From: Eubacteriales bacterium
GTDB lineage: Bacteria; Bacillota; Clostridia; Oscillospirales; CAG-272
Reading direction: 5' to 3'
NCBI GenBank assembly: GCA_045612665.1
Contig: JAZKZO010000003.1
Coordinates: forward strand, 30,992-94,991
DNA length: 64,000 nucleotides
The first letter of the stretch is position 1. The number at the start of each line of letters is the position of its first letter. The position numbers and the translations under genes are program-made. Shown piece after piece: positions 9,069-18,873 of this stretch. Below the pieces are notes generated by a model, which had not been told where the DNA came from, searched no databases, and worked only from the letters and a program-made list of their open reading frames with translations.

Positions 9069-9563
9069 ATGAGCAAGCTAAACATTGTATTACTAGAGCC
9101 GGAAATTCCACAAAACACCGGTAACATTGCACGTACCTGCGCTGCATCGGGCGCTTCTCTACACATGATAAAGCCTTTTGGGTTTAAAATTGACGATGCC
9201 AAGCTCAAGCGTGCAGGTATGGATTATTGGTATCATCTTGACATTCATTATTACGAAAATCTTGATGAATTTTTTGAGAAAAATCCTAACGCCTGCTTTT
9301 ATTTGTTCACAAAAAAAGCATCTAAAAGGTACACGGATATCGAATATCAAGACAATTCATTTTTGTTTTTTGGACGAGAAAGCTGCGGTCTCCCCGAGGA
9401 GCTTTTGGAAAGATTTCCTGACAGGTGTCTTCGCATTCCGATGCGTGAGGGATTGCGCTCTCTCAATCAATCAAATTCGGTTGCAATTGCAGTATATGAG
9501 GTCCTTCGTCAAGGAGATTTCGAGGGGCTTTGCGAGGACGGCGGTTGGATAAAAAATTCATAA
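9069..9563 (+). CDS. trmL: tRNA (cytidine/uridine-34 2'-O)-methyltransferase, SpoU/TrmL family
   Basis: 164 aa with an N-terminus (IVLLEPEIPQNTGNIARTCAA) and C-terminal SPOUT knot motifs (NQSNSVAIAVYE) typical of TrmL/YibK. AAGGAG RBS. Confidence 0.85.
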   Translation: MSKLNIVLLEPEIPQNTGNIARTCAASGASLHMIKPFGFKIDDAKLKRAGMDYWYHLDIHYYENLDEFFEKNPNACFYLFTKKASKRYTDIEYQDNSFLFFGRESCGLPEELLERFPDRCLRIPMREGLRSLNQSNSVAIAVYEVLRQGDFEGLCEDGGWIKNS

Positions 9564-9570
9564 TATTTTG

Positions 9571-9590
9571 AATTTTTGAATTTAAAAATT
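9571..9590. repeat. AT-rich palindromic motif, degenerate copy
   Basis: AATTTTTGAATTTAAAAATT matches the core AATTTTTGAATTCAAAAATT (18753-18772 and 52650-52669) at 19 of 20 positions. It is preceded by a tandem TTTTGAA. Confidence 0.5.
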
Positions 9591-9633
9591 GTTAAATTCA
9601 TATCAATCGACATATTCTTTATAAAGAATTCCA

Positions 9634-9665
9634 TAAAAAAAGTGCTTCATTGAAGCACTTTTTTG
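9634..9665. terminator. bidirectional rho-independent terminator between convergent trmL and dpaB
   Basis: Hairpin AGTGCTTCA-T-TGAAGCACT (9641-9659), flanked by an A-run and a T-run. Confidence 0.75.
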
Positions 9666-10226
9666 TTATATAAATAACGGTCTTAGCTGTCTTGCTCCGA
9701 GAGCATAAGACAAGGTTTGTGAAACGAGCGTAAATTCGGAAATAAGAGAGTGTGGCTTTCTAGTTGGATCATCCTGCTTCATAGGCACAAAATAGACGCA
9801 TTTTCGCTCTAGCAAAATGCTTATATTTTGTAAATTTGCACTCAATGCATCGTTAGAGCAAAGAGCTATCACAAGAGGTCTATCTGCGCGCAAATGCGCC
9901 TTTGCAGTCATTGTAACTGCCGTATCGGTTATTCCTCTTGCAATCTTAGCAAGAGTGTTTCCTGTGCACGGGGCTATTATTAGGGCATCGAGCGCTATTT
10001 TAGGTCCTAGTGGCTCTGCATCTACTATCGTATGAATAACCTCTCTTCCTGTTGTTTGCTCTACCTTTTTTATAAAATCCTCGGCGCTACCAAAGCGTGT
10101 GCTTGTCGTATACACGTTTTCACTCATTATCGGCAAAATATCATATCCTTGATTTTTCAATTTTTTAAGTTCCTCTAGGCTTTGCGCATGAGTGCAAAAG
10201 GAACCGCAAAACGCGTATCCTATCAT
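9666..10226 (-). CDS. dpaB: dipicolinate synthase subunit B (SpoVFB)
   Basis: Flavoprotein-like N-terminus MIGYAFCGSFCT. The ATG at 10226 follows GAAAGGAAC and lies 1 nt after the dpaA stop. The ORF track extends to 10268, but that stretch overlaps dpaA. Confidence 0.85.
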   Translation of the reverse strand: MIGYAFCGSFCTHAQSLEELKKLKNQGYDILPIMSENVYTTSTRFGSAEDFIKKVEQTTGREVIHTIVDAEPLGPKIALDALIIAPCTGNTLAKIARGITDTAVTMTAKAHLRADRPLVIALCSNDALSANLQNISILLERKCVYFVPMKQDDPTRKPHSLISEFTLVSQTLSYALGARQLRPLFI

Positions 10227-10227
10227 A

Positions 10228-10977
10228 TCAGTTCCTTTCGGTTGAAATATATTCGTACACAAAATCAAATATTGCTCTTCCAGCGCTTTCGGGCTTCATT
10301 TTTCCCGGTAATGCAAGCGCCCTCTCGGGAAACTCTGTATCCTCAAAGCCACCCGGAAGCGACGCCAAGTCAAGGACAATGCTTTGCTTTGAGATTTTCT
10401 CACTTTCCTTTTTTGATATAATCGGTGATGGGGCTGTATTAAAAATCACGTCATAATAACCCTTGCAAAGATTTGATATAGGATAAGCCTTATAGCCTAT
10501 TTCAATAGCATCTATCCTACTTTGCTCTCTTCTTGAAAAGACAGTAACCGATGCACCGAGCGATTTTGAGAGCTTACAAAGATGCTTTCCTATTCTTCCG
10601 TAGCCTATTATAGCTATTGAAGATTCGGAAAACGTTTTTAAAAGCCTTCCAAGCGCTATTGATATCGCGCACTCGGCAGTTATATATGCGTTTCTATCAA
10701 GAAGCTGTTCGCTTTGCGAATAATCAATTATTTTTCCACCGAAAAATTTTCTTACTCTATCACTATCACCACAAAAAACAAAAGCACTGCTTTTGAGTCC
10801 TTGGAAAATCCTTGAAAATTCCTCGTCGCAAAGAGTGCTTTTAATCGGTAATATGAGTATATCAGGGCTTTCAACCGTATTTGGAGTGCAAATACTAGAT
10901 TTAAAGCCCTTTTCGTTTAACATACCGTTAACAGTCACATATCTTGCATCCGAGGAAACAATATTAACTTCGTTCAT
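10228..10977 (-). CDS. dpaA: dipicolinate synthase subunit A (SpoVFA)
   Basis: 249 aa with the NAD(P)-binding motif IIGYGRIGKHL, tightly coupled to dpaB. Confidence 0.8.
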   Translation of the reverse strand: MNEVNIVSSDARYVTVNGMLNEKGFKSSICTPNTVESPDILILPIKSTLCDEEFSRIFQGLKSSAFVFCGDSDRVRKFFGGKIIDYSQSEQLLDRNAYITAECAISIALGRLLKTFSESSIAIIGYGRIGKHLCKLSKSLGASVTVFSRREQSRIDAIEIGYKAYPISNLCKGYYDVIFNTAPSPIISKKESEKISKQSIVLDLASLPGGFEDTEFPERALALPGKMKPESAGRAIFDFVYEYISTERN

Positions 10978-11047
10978 ATACTTTCCTTAAATGTTTATTT
11001 GAGAATCAATTCTCACTTATATAATATGCGACTTTGAAAATTCGGTA

Positions 11048-11788
11048 TTATTTTTTATTTTTAGCAATAAGCATATTTATCTTAAAGCCCTTTTCGGTAA
11101 AATTGCGTTCATATTCGGTTTGAATATTAGTTGCATTCATGTCCGATGCGTGTAAATCGTAGGTCTTGTATTCCAAATCGAAGCTTGACTCTTCAACCTG
11201 TTCAACGGAAAAATCAAACAATTCTCTATTATCGGTTTTAAAGAACACCTTTCCACCATCTACAAGTATTCTTGCATACATATTCAAAAAGTTGATATGT
11301 GTAAGGCGACGCTTTGCATATCCCTTCTTACCCCAAGGATCACAAAAGTTTATGTAAATTGCATCAACCGAGTTGTCAGGGAAATCACACAAGATTTGTG
11401 ATGCATCTCCTACTGTAAAGCGAACATTTCCTCTTTGCTCGTCAGTAAATGGCACGCTATCTCCGCCGAGAGGATACTTTGTTCCGTCAGGTGTTAGCCA
11501 TCCACCGTTTGGTGCAAGTCCACCAAGTCCTCGAGACGTAGCATAGTTTTCAACTGCCAAGGTACAAACATCGGCAATTTTTTCTATTGCAAGATAGTTG
11601 TAATCCTTTTCTTGAACGCTTTTTCCTCTTACGAAATCGCCCTTTCCACAACCGATTTCAATACGAAGAGGATTAGAATTTGCGTATTCCGCCTCTACGT
11701 TTTTAACGAGCTCACTTGGATTTTGAGTCATAAGAGCTGAAAGTAATGATAATCTTTCGCCACCGTGGCGCTTTTTTTTCATTCTCAT
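11048..11788 (-). CDS. trmB: tRNA (guanine-N7)-methyltransferase TrmB, carrying an insertion of about 38 aa
   Basis: Contains the SAM motif EIGCGKGDF, DPWGKKGYAKRRL (the counterpart of DPWPKKRHHKRRL) and FKTDN. Extra segment at about residues 83-120. Confidence 0.85.
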   Translation of the reverse strand: MRMKKKRHGGERLSLLSALMTQNPSELVKNVEAEYANSNPLRIEIGCGKGDFVRGKSVQEKDYNYLAIEKIADVCTLAVENYATSRGLGGLAPNGGWLTPDGTKYPLGGDSVPFTDEQRGNVRFTVGDASQILCDFPDNSVDAIYINFCDPWGKKGYAKRRLTHINFLNMYARILVDGGKVFFKTDNRELFDFSVEQVEESSFDLEYKTYDLHASDMNATNIQTEYERNFTEKGFKINMLIAKNKK

Positions 11789-11890
11789 ATTGAATTTTTC
11801 TCCGTTTTTTGATAAAATAAGTTTAACACACTATATATTAACACATTTCTTTCGAAATTTGTATAATATTTTTGATAAAAGGAGAATTTT

Positions 11891-12151
11891 ATGAAATATT
11901 CTTTTAGAACTAGGGGCGTTTGCGCTAGAAATATAACCTTTGACCTTGAGGACGGCATCGTTAAGGACGTAAGCTTTATGGGCGGCTGTAACGGTAATCT
12001 CAAGGCTATCTCAAAGCTTATTGAGGGTATGGACGCTCAAAAGGTTATAGAAATCCTCAAGGGTAATGATTGTGGCGGACGCGGAACCTCATGTGCCGAT
12101 CAGCTCGCTATTGCTTTAGAGGAAGCTATGAAGGCTGGTAACAACGAATGA
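11891..12151 (+). CDS. TSCPD-domain small protein (TIGR03905-like, 4-Cys)
   Basis: 86 aa. The sequence GVCARNITFDLEDG..V.DVSFMGGCNGNLKAIS...GNDCGGRGTSCADQLA matches the family pattern. AAGGAG RBS. Its stop overlaps the polA start in an ATGA. Confidence 0.75.
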   Translation: MKYSFRTRGVCARNITFDLEDGIVKDVSFMGGCNGNLKAISKLIEGMDAQKVIEILKGNDCGGRGTSCADQLAIALEEAMKAGNNE

Positions 12152-14652
12152 AAAAGCTTCTTATTGTAGACGGTAACAGCATTCTCAACCGTGCTTTTTA
12201 CGGCATAAGACCTCTTTCCAACAAGGAAGGAATTCCTACGAATGCAGTTTACGGAATGCTCACGATTTTAAAAAGACATCTTGATAGCTTGAAGCCCGAC
12301 TATGCAGTTGTGGCTTTTGACCTGCGCGCCAAAACCTTCAGACACAAGGCGTGCGACTTCTACAAGGCGAATAGAAAGCCTATGCCCGAGGACCTTGCTA
12401 TTCAGCTTCCCTATGCCAAGGAAGCGGTAAAATCGCTCGGATTTAACGTTGTAGAGCTTGAGGGATACGAGGCGGATGACGTTATCGGAACTGTTTCTCG
12501 CATCGCTATGAAGGATATGGACGTTCACTCCTATATTCTTACAGGAGATAGAGATTCTCTTCAGCTTATAAACGCGTCCTGCTCCGTTATTCTCGTTAAA
12601 ACTAAAGAGGATATTCTTTACGATACGGACAAGTTTATCGAGGACTTTGGAGTTACTCCTACTCAATTTATAGACGTGAAGGCTATTATGGGTGATTCCT
12701 CTGACAACATTCCAGGAATTGCTGGAATTGGCGAAAAGGGAGCTTTCAAGCTTATTTCCGACTTTGGCTCACTTGATGAAATATACGAAAAATATAAAGA
12801 TTCGTCCATTTCAGAGGGCTTAAAGACGAAAATTGAAAACGGAAAGGAAATGGCATTCGTTTCAAGATTTCTCGCTACAATTATTTGCGATGCGCCTATT
12901 GGAAAGGAAATTCCCGATTTCGAATATCGCGGTATCGACGCTGAGCTTGCCTCTAACCTTTTCTTAAAGCTTGAATTCGAAAGCCTTTTAAAGAAATTCA
13001 ACATAGAATTTGATCCGTCTAAAAGAAGCGAAATTCGCGACGGAATTGATAGCTCATCTATGAAGAATGCATTCTCTATCGGTGCGCTTGACGACATTAA
13101 AAACGAGCTTGTATCGATTTATTATCACGATGAAAAGCTCTACATTTATACTAATAAGTATAACTTCTTCTATGAAGGCGATGATTTCGCACAATTTTTA
13201 AAAAATAACAAAATCATTTGCCATGATATTAAGGCTTGGTCAAGGGATTATAAATTTGACTGTGTATTTGATACTATGCTTGCATCGTATCTCGTATCGC
13301 CCTCCGACTCCTCATACGGTCTTGATAGCCTTTGCATTAAATATCTTGGCACTGAATTCAAGCCTGAGCACGGTGCACAGCTCATTTACGAGCTTTATCG
13401 CGTGCTAGACGAGGAGCTTGAAAAAATAGATGCAAAGAAAATTCTCACCGATATTGAAATTCCTCTTGCAAGAGTCCTTTCTTCAATGGAAAAGGAAGGC
13501 TTTTTGGTTGACACCGAGGGTCTTAAGTCATATTCCGAGGTGCTTTCCTCAATGGCTGAGGATTTTAAGCAAAGAATTTATATGCTTGCCGGTGAGGAAT
13601 TCAACATAAATTCTCCAAAGCAGCTTGGCGAGGTTCTCTTTGAGAAAATGGGTCTATCCCACGGTAAAAAGAACAAAAACGGATACTCTACCGATGCCCA
13701 CGTTTTAGAGGAATTGCGCTCTGAATCGCCTATTATAGACGAGATTTTGGAATATAGACAAATTATGAAGCTCAAAAGCACCTATTGTGAGGGACTTTTG
13801 AAGGTTGCCGGCTCTGACGGTAGAATCCACTCTACATTCAACCAAACCGTTACTGTTACGGGCAGACTTTCCTCGTCCGAGCCTAATTTGCAAAACATTC
13901 CGATAAGAACTGAGCTTGGTAAGCAATTTAGAAAATATTTCATTCCCAAAAATGATGATTACGTTTTGATTGATGCCGACTATTCTCAAATCGAGTTAAA
14001 GGTTCTTGCGCATCTTTCCGGTGATGTAAATATGATTTATGCCTTTAATTCGGGCATGGATATTCATACGATGACCGCCTCACAGGTGTTCAATATACCT
14101 GCCGAGATGATTACTCCTGAGCTAAGAAAGCGCGCAAAGGCGGTAAACTTCGGTATTGTTTACGGAATTGGCGACTTCTCCCTAGCAAAGGACCTTCATA
14201 TTACTAAAAAGGAAGCAAAGAATTACATTGACAGTTATTTCGCAACTTATCCCGACGTACACGCGTATATTCAAGGCTTGATTGAGGGCGCAAAGGAAAA
14301 GGGATATGCTGAAACTATGTTTGGACGTCGCAGATATATTCCGGAGCTTCAATCTAAAAACTTTAACATTCGTGCCTTTGGTGAGCGAGTTGCAATGAAC
14401 TCCCCTATCCAAGGAAGTGCAGCCGATATAATTAAAATTGCCATGATAAGAGTTCAAAAGGCTCTTGAAGATGCTAAAATCGATGCAAAGCTTATTCTTC
14501 AGGTACACGACGAGCTTATAATCGAGGCACATTCATCCTGCGCCGATATTGCAAAAGAAATTCTTCAAAGAGAAATGGAGAGCGCAACCAAGCTTCTTGC
14601 CCCATTAACTGCCGATACCGGCGTTGGCAAAACTTGGCTTGACGCAAAATAA
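12148..14652 (+). CDS. polA: DNA polymerase I
   Basis: 834 aa with an N-terminal 5'-nuclease domain (LLIVDGNSILNRAFY), polymerase motif A (DYSQIELKVLAH), motif B (RKRAKAVNFGIVYG) and motif C (QVHDELI). Confidence 0.95.
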   Translation: MKKLLIVDGNSILNRAFYGIRPLSNKEGIPTNAVYGMLTILKRHLDSLKPDYAVVAFDLRAKTFRHKACDFYKANRKPMPEDLAIQLPYAKEAVKSLGFNVVELEGYEADDVIGTVSRIAMKDMDVHSYILTGDRDSLQLINASCSVILVKTKEDILYDTDKFIEDFGVTPTQFIDVKAIMGDSSDNIPGIAGIGEKGAFKLISDFGSLDEIYEKYKDSSISEGLKTKIENGKEMAFVSRFLATIICDAPIGKEIPDFEYRGIDAELASNLFLKLEFESLLKKFNIEFDPSKRSEIRDGIDSSSMKNAFSIGALDDIKNELVSIYYHDEKLYIYTNKYNFFYEGDDFAQFLKNNKIICHDIKAWSRDYKFDCVFDTMLASYLVSPSDSSYGLDSLCIKYLGTEFKPEHGAQLIYELYRVLDEELEKIDAKKILTDIEIPLARVLSSMEKEGFLVDTEGLKSYSEVLSSMAEDFKQRIYMLAGEEFNINSPKQLGEVLFEKMGLSHGKKNKNGYSTDAHVLEELRSESPIIDEILEYRQIMKLKSTYCEGLLKVAGSDGRIHSTFNQTVTVTGRLSSSEPNLQNIPIRTELGKQFRKYFIPKNDDYVLIDADYSQIELKVLAHLSGDVNMIYAFNSGMDIHTMTASQVFNIPAEMITPELRKRAKAVNFGIVYGIGDFSLAKDLHITKKEAKNYIDSYFATYPDVHAYIQGLIEGAKEKGYAETMFGRRRYIPELQSKNFNIRAFGERVAMNSPIQGSAADIIKIAMIRVQKALEDAKIDAKLILQVHDELIIEAHSSCADIAKEILQREMESATKLLAPLTADTGVGKTWLDAK

Positions 14653-14653
14653 T

Positions 14654-15523
14654 ATGAAATATACTATTTTAGCCCCCGCAAAGGTCAATTTGTATCTTGA
14701 CGTGCTATCAAAGCGCGAGGACGGATATCACGAAATTGAGTCTGTTATGCAGTCTGTATCGCTATGCGATAAGATTTCTATTGACATATCCAAGTCAAGC
14801 GAGCTTAAAATAAGCATAGACGGTACAAGTGATGCTATTGCTTGGGATGAAAAAAATCTCGCTTATAAGGCCTGTAAGCTCTTTGTGAGCGAGGCAAAAA
14901 TAACAAATTCTAAAATTGACATTTTCGTTGAAAAAAACATTCCGATTTCCGCAGGAATGGCGGGTGGAAGCACTGATGCAGGCGGTGTTTTGATACTTTT
15001 AAATAAAGCCTTTGGCGAGCCTTTTTCAAGAGAAAGGCTATGTGAGCTTGGTGCAAGGCTCGGTGCTGACGTGCCGTTTTGCATTGTAGGTGGAACTTAT
15101 CTTTGTAAGGGAGTTGGCGAGGTGCTCTTGCCTCTTACTCCGTTCAAGGACAAGCTTTTGGTATGCGCTATTGATTCATCAAGCGTTTCTACGCCTGTTG
15201 CCTACGGTATGCTTGACAAAAAATATGGTACTGATGCCACTTCTTCATCGGACATTAACGCATTTTTGACATATGTAAAAAATGATGATTTAAAAGGGGT
15301 TAGTTCCTCTCTTTTCAACAAGTTTGAGAGTGTTATAATCACTGAAAATCCATCAATTTTAAAAATTAAGGACTTGCTTTTGGAAAACGGAGCGCTCGGC
15401 GCTTTAATGAGTGGAAGCGGTCCGTCCGTTTTTGGTCTGTTCGGGAATGAAACCGACCAAAAAAGAGCCTTTGATGCTCTACAAAAGGAAAAAATTCAAG
15501 CTTTTTTATGTAAAACTCTTTGA
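14654..15523 (+). CDS. ispE: 4-(cytidine 5'-diphospho)-2-C-methyl-D-erythritol kinase
   Basis: The start MKYTILAPAKVNLYLDV is at the ATG 14654, 1 nt after the polA stop. GHMP kinase motif PISAGMAGGSTDA. Confidence 0.9.
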   Translation: MKYTILAPAKVNLYLDVLSKREDGYHEIESVMQSVSLCDKISIDISKSSELKISIDGTSDAIAWDEKNLAYKACKLFVSEAKITNSKIDIFVEKNIPISAGMAGGSTDAGGVLILLNKAFGEPFSRERLCELGARLGADVPFCIVGGTYLCKGVGEVLLPLTPFKDKLLVCAIDSSSVSTPVAYGMLDKKYGTDATSSSDINAFLTYVKNDDLKGVSSSLFNKFESVIITENPSILKIKDLLLENGALGALMSGSGPSVFGLFGNETDQKRAFDALQKEKIQAFLCKTL

Positions 15524-15548
15524 TTTTAGATTTTTTTCGATTTTTTTG

Positions 15549-15577
15549 TTGACAAATCTTTAAATAAGATTTATAAT
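15549..15577 (+). promoter_or_regulatory. sigma-A-type promoter of guaB
   Basis: TTGACA (15549-15554), a 17-nt spacer and TATAAT (15572-15577). Confidence 0.7.
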
Positions 15578-15603
15578 AGAAAAAATATTTTATATTTTCG
15601 TGA

Positions 15604-17103
<1,500 letters not shown>

Positions 17104-17107
17104 TATT

Positions 17108-17138
17108 AAAATCGGGCGAAATTCGCCCGATTTTTTTA
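17108..17138 (+). terminator. rho-independent terminator of guaB
   Basis: Hairpin ATCGGGCGAA-ATTCGCCCGAT (17111-17131) followed by T7. Confidence 0.8.
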
Positions 17139-17237
17139 TTTTATGTGAATTTATTATGAAAATTTATTTTAAAGTATTGACTTGCATTTTAAAATGGTTT
17201 AAAATAAACTTGAAAATTTATAGAATGGAGTATGCCG

Positions 17238-18707
17238 ATGTTCAAAAACTTTAAAAAGAACGAAAAGTACCTCACCATTGCGTTGTATGCTTTTGTCGTT
17301 ATGGCACTTTTGATTGCTCTTATTTTTGCATTCATTAACCTCGACAAAATAAACACCGCAATTAGTGGCTTTTTCAAGGCTATTTCAGCATTTATATACG
17401 GATTTGTTATCGCTTATATTTGTAATCCTATCTATAAGGTTATAAGCAAATACGTATTTAGATTTGTTGATAAAAATAAGCCTAGACCTAAGCTTAAAAA
17501 GGCTCTTTCTCTTCTTTTAACCTATATAATTCTTTTTGCAATAATTACAGTTTTGATTTTTGCAATTGTTCCCGCTATCGTTGATAACCTGTATAACCTT
17601 TATACAAAGCTATCCGAGGCAAGCATTTCAGAGTGGTTTAACAATATAATTGATTCAATTAACGCAAAGTTCCCTGATCTTAACATTAGCATTGACGTAG
17701 ATGAGGTTTCAGCAAAAATATTTGCTGCAATTCAAAATATCTTTATCGATGAATCCGGTGACCTTAAAATTGAAAACATTGGAAACTGGGCATCTGCCGT
17801 TGTAGGCTTTGTAATTTCATCAATTGACGTTATCTTCTCTATTATTGTTGGCATTATACTTTCAGTATATTTCTTAATTCACGGCAAAAGAATTGGTGCA
17901 AAGCTTCGTAAAATGCTTGCTGCTACATTCAAAAAGGAAAATTACGATAAAATTATCGATTTTGCAAGATATTCGGATAAAACCTTTGGCAGATATCTTA
18001 TCGGTACATTATCCGACTCGGCGATTGTCGGAATCGTTGTCGGTATTTTGACGGCAATTCTTGGTATGCCATATGCGCCACTTATCGGTGTTATTGTAGG
18101 TGTTACAAACATAATTCCTTTCTTTGGTCCGTTTATCGGTGCTATTCCGTCCGCTCTTATCATTTTGATTGCAAGCGGAGAGATTTGGAGAGTTATCGTA
18201 TTTGTTATTCTTATCGTAATAGTTCAACAGCTTGACGGCAACATTCTTGCTCCACATATAATCGGTGGCTCAGTTGGCTTAACTCCGATTGGAGTAATTG
18301 CGGCAGTAACAATTTGCTCGCACTTCCTCGGTGTTCTCGGTATGGTTATCGGAGTTCCGCTTTCGGCTGTTCTTGCTTACATTCTCAACAAGATTATTGA
18401 TAAAAAGCTCAAAAAGAAAAATCTCCCATCCGACACTACTCTTTATGAAAACGCCGACTTCTTCCAAAGCGAAGAATTCATCAAGGCATCCTTCGACGTT
18501 GAGGCTCAGTCCAGACTCGAAATGAAGGAAGCGGTTGAAAAGGCGAAGGAAAATCTTGAGCTTCACCAAATCGGTATTCACGAGGCCGAGGAGCGTATCA
18601 CAAACGAAAAGGGACAGGTTGCAATGGAAGCGCACACCTCTCCTGACGAGGCTTACGTAAACACCGCTGAAATTGATGTTAACACATCTACAAGCGACAA
18701 TAAATAA
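17238..18707 (+). CDS. AI-2E family transporter (PerM/UPF0118) with an acidic C-terminal extension
   Basis: Multi-TM protein carrying the family signature region IPFFGPFIGAIP. The ORF track starts at 17232, but that ATG lies only 1 nt from GGAG, so the next ATG at 17238 is preferred. Confidence 0.8.
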   Translation: MFKNFKKNEKYLTIALYAFVVMALLIALIFAFINLDKINTAISGFFKAISAFIYGFVIAYICNPIYKVISKYVFRFVDKNKPRPKLKKALSLLLTYIILFAIITVLIFAIVPAIVDNLYNLYTKLSEASISEWFNNIIDSINAKFPDLNISIDVDEVSAKIFAAIQNIFIDESGDLKIENIGNWASAVVGFVISSIDVIFSIIVGIILSVYFLIHGKRIGAKLRKMLAATFKKENYDKIIDFARYSDKTFGRYLIGTLSDSAIVGIVVGILTAILGMPYAPLIGVIVGVTNIIPFFGPFIGAIPSALIILIASGEIWRVIVFVILIVIVQQLDGNILAPHIIGGSVGLTPIGVIAAVTICSHFLGVLGMVIGVPLSAVLAYILNKIIDKKLKKKNLPSDTTLYENADFFQSEEFIKASFDVEAQSRLEMKEAVEKAKENLELHQIGIHEAEERITNEKGQVAMEAHTSPDEAYVNTAEIDVNTSTSDNK

Positions 18708-18710
18708 AAC

Positions 18711-18739
18711 AAAAAAATCGGGATTTTCCCGATTTTTTG
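18711..18739 (+). terminator. rho-independent terminator of the AI-2E transporter gene
   Basis: Hairpin ATCGGGA-TTTT-CCCGAT (18717-18733) followed by a T-run. Confidence 0.75.
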
Positions 18740-18750
18740 TTTCGAATTTA

Positions 18751-18772
18751 TAAATTTTTGAATTCAAAAATT
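18751..18772. repeat. AT-rich GAATTC-centred palindromic motif
   Basis: TAAATTTTTGAATTCAAAAATT is identical over 22 nt to 52648-52669. The core AAATTTTTGAATTCAAAAATTT is a perfect palindrome. Related half-sites flank it (TTCGAATTT at 18741, TTTTGAAAAATTCG at 18788). Confidence 0.6.
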
Positions 18773-18873
18773 TGAAAATTTTCCATTTTTTGAAAAATTC
18801 GCTTGTCAAAAGGATTTGTATAATTTTTGTTCTCTTGAAAACAATATTTTTAGAATGTTTTTAGGAGATAATT

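Noticed and set aside
9614-9629. Isolated perfect AT-rich palindromes: ATTCTTTATAAAGAAT here, GGTATAAATTTATACC at 30226-30241 and GCGCAACTTATAAGTTACGC at 2596-2615
   Set aside because: Each occurs once, and they differ from one another. In AT-rich spacers such palindromes are expected, so they are noted only as context for neighbouring features.
11772-11779. A8 homopolymer (T8 on the plus strand) in the first codons of trmB as a slipped-strand phase-variation switch
   Set aside because: It encodes the Lys run MKKK of a housekeeping enzyme. There is no contingency-locus context, and an alternative in-frame ATG is present.
18279-18809. 176-aa minus-strand ORF covering the AI-2E transporter tail and the following intergenic spacer
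   Set aside because: It runs through a terminator hairpin and the AT-rich palindrome. It is antisense to a supported CDS.
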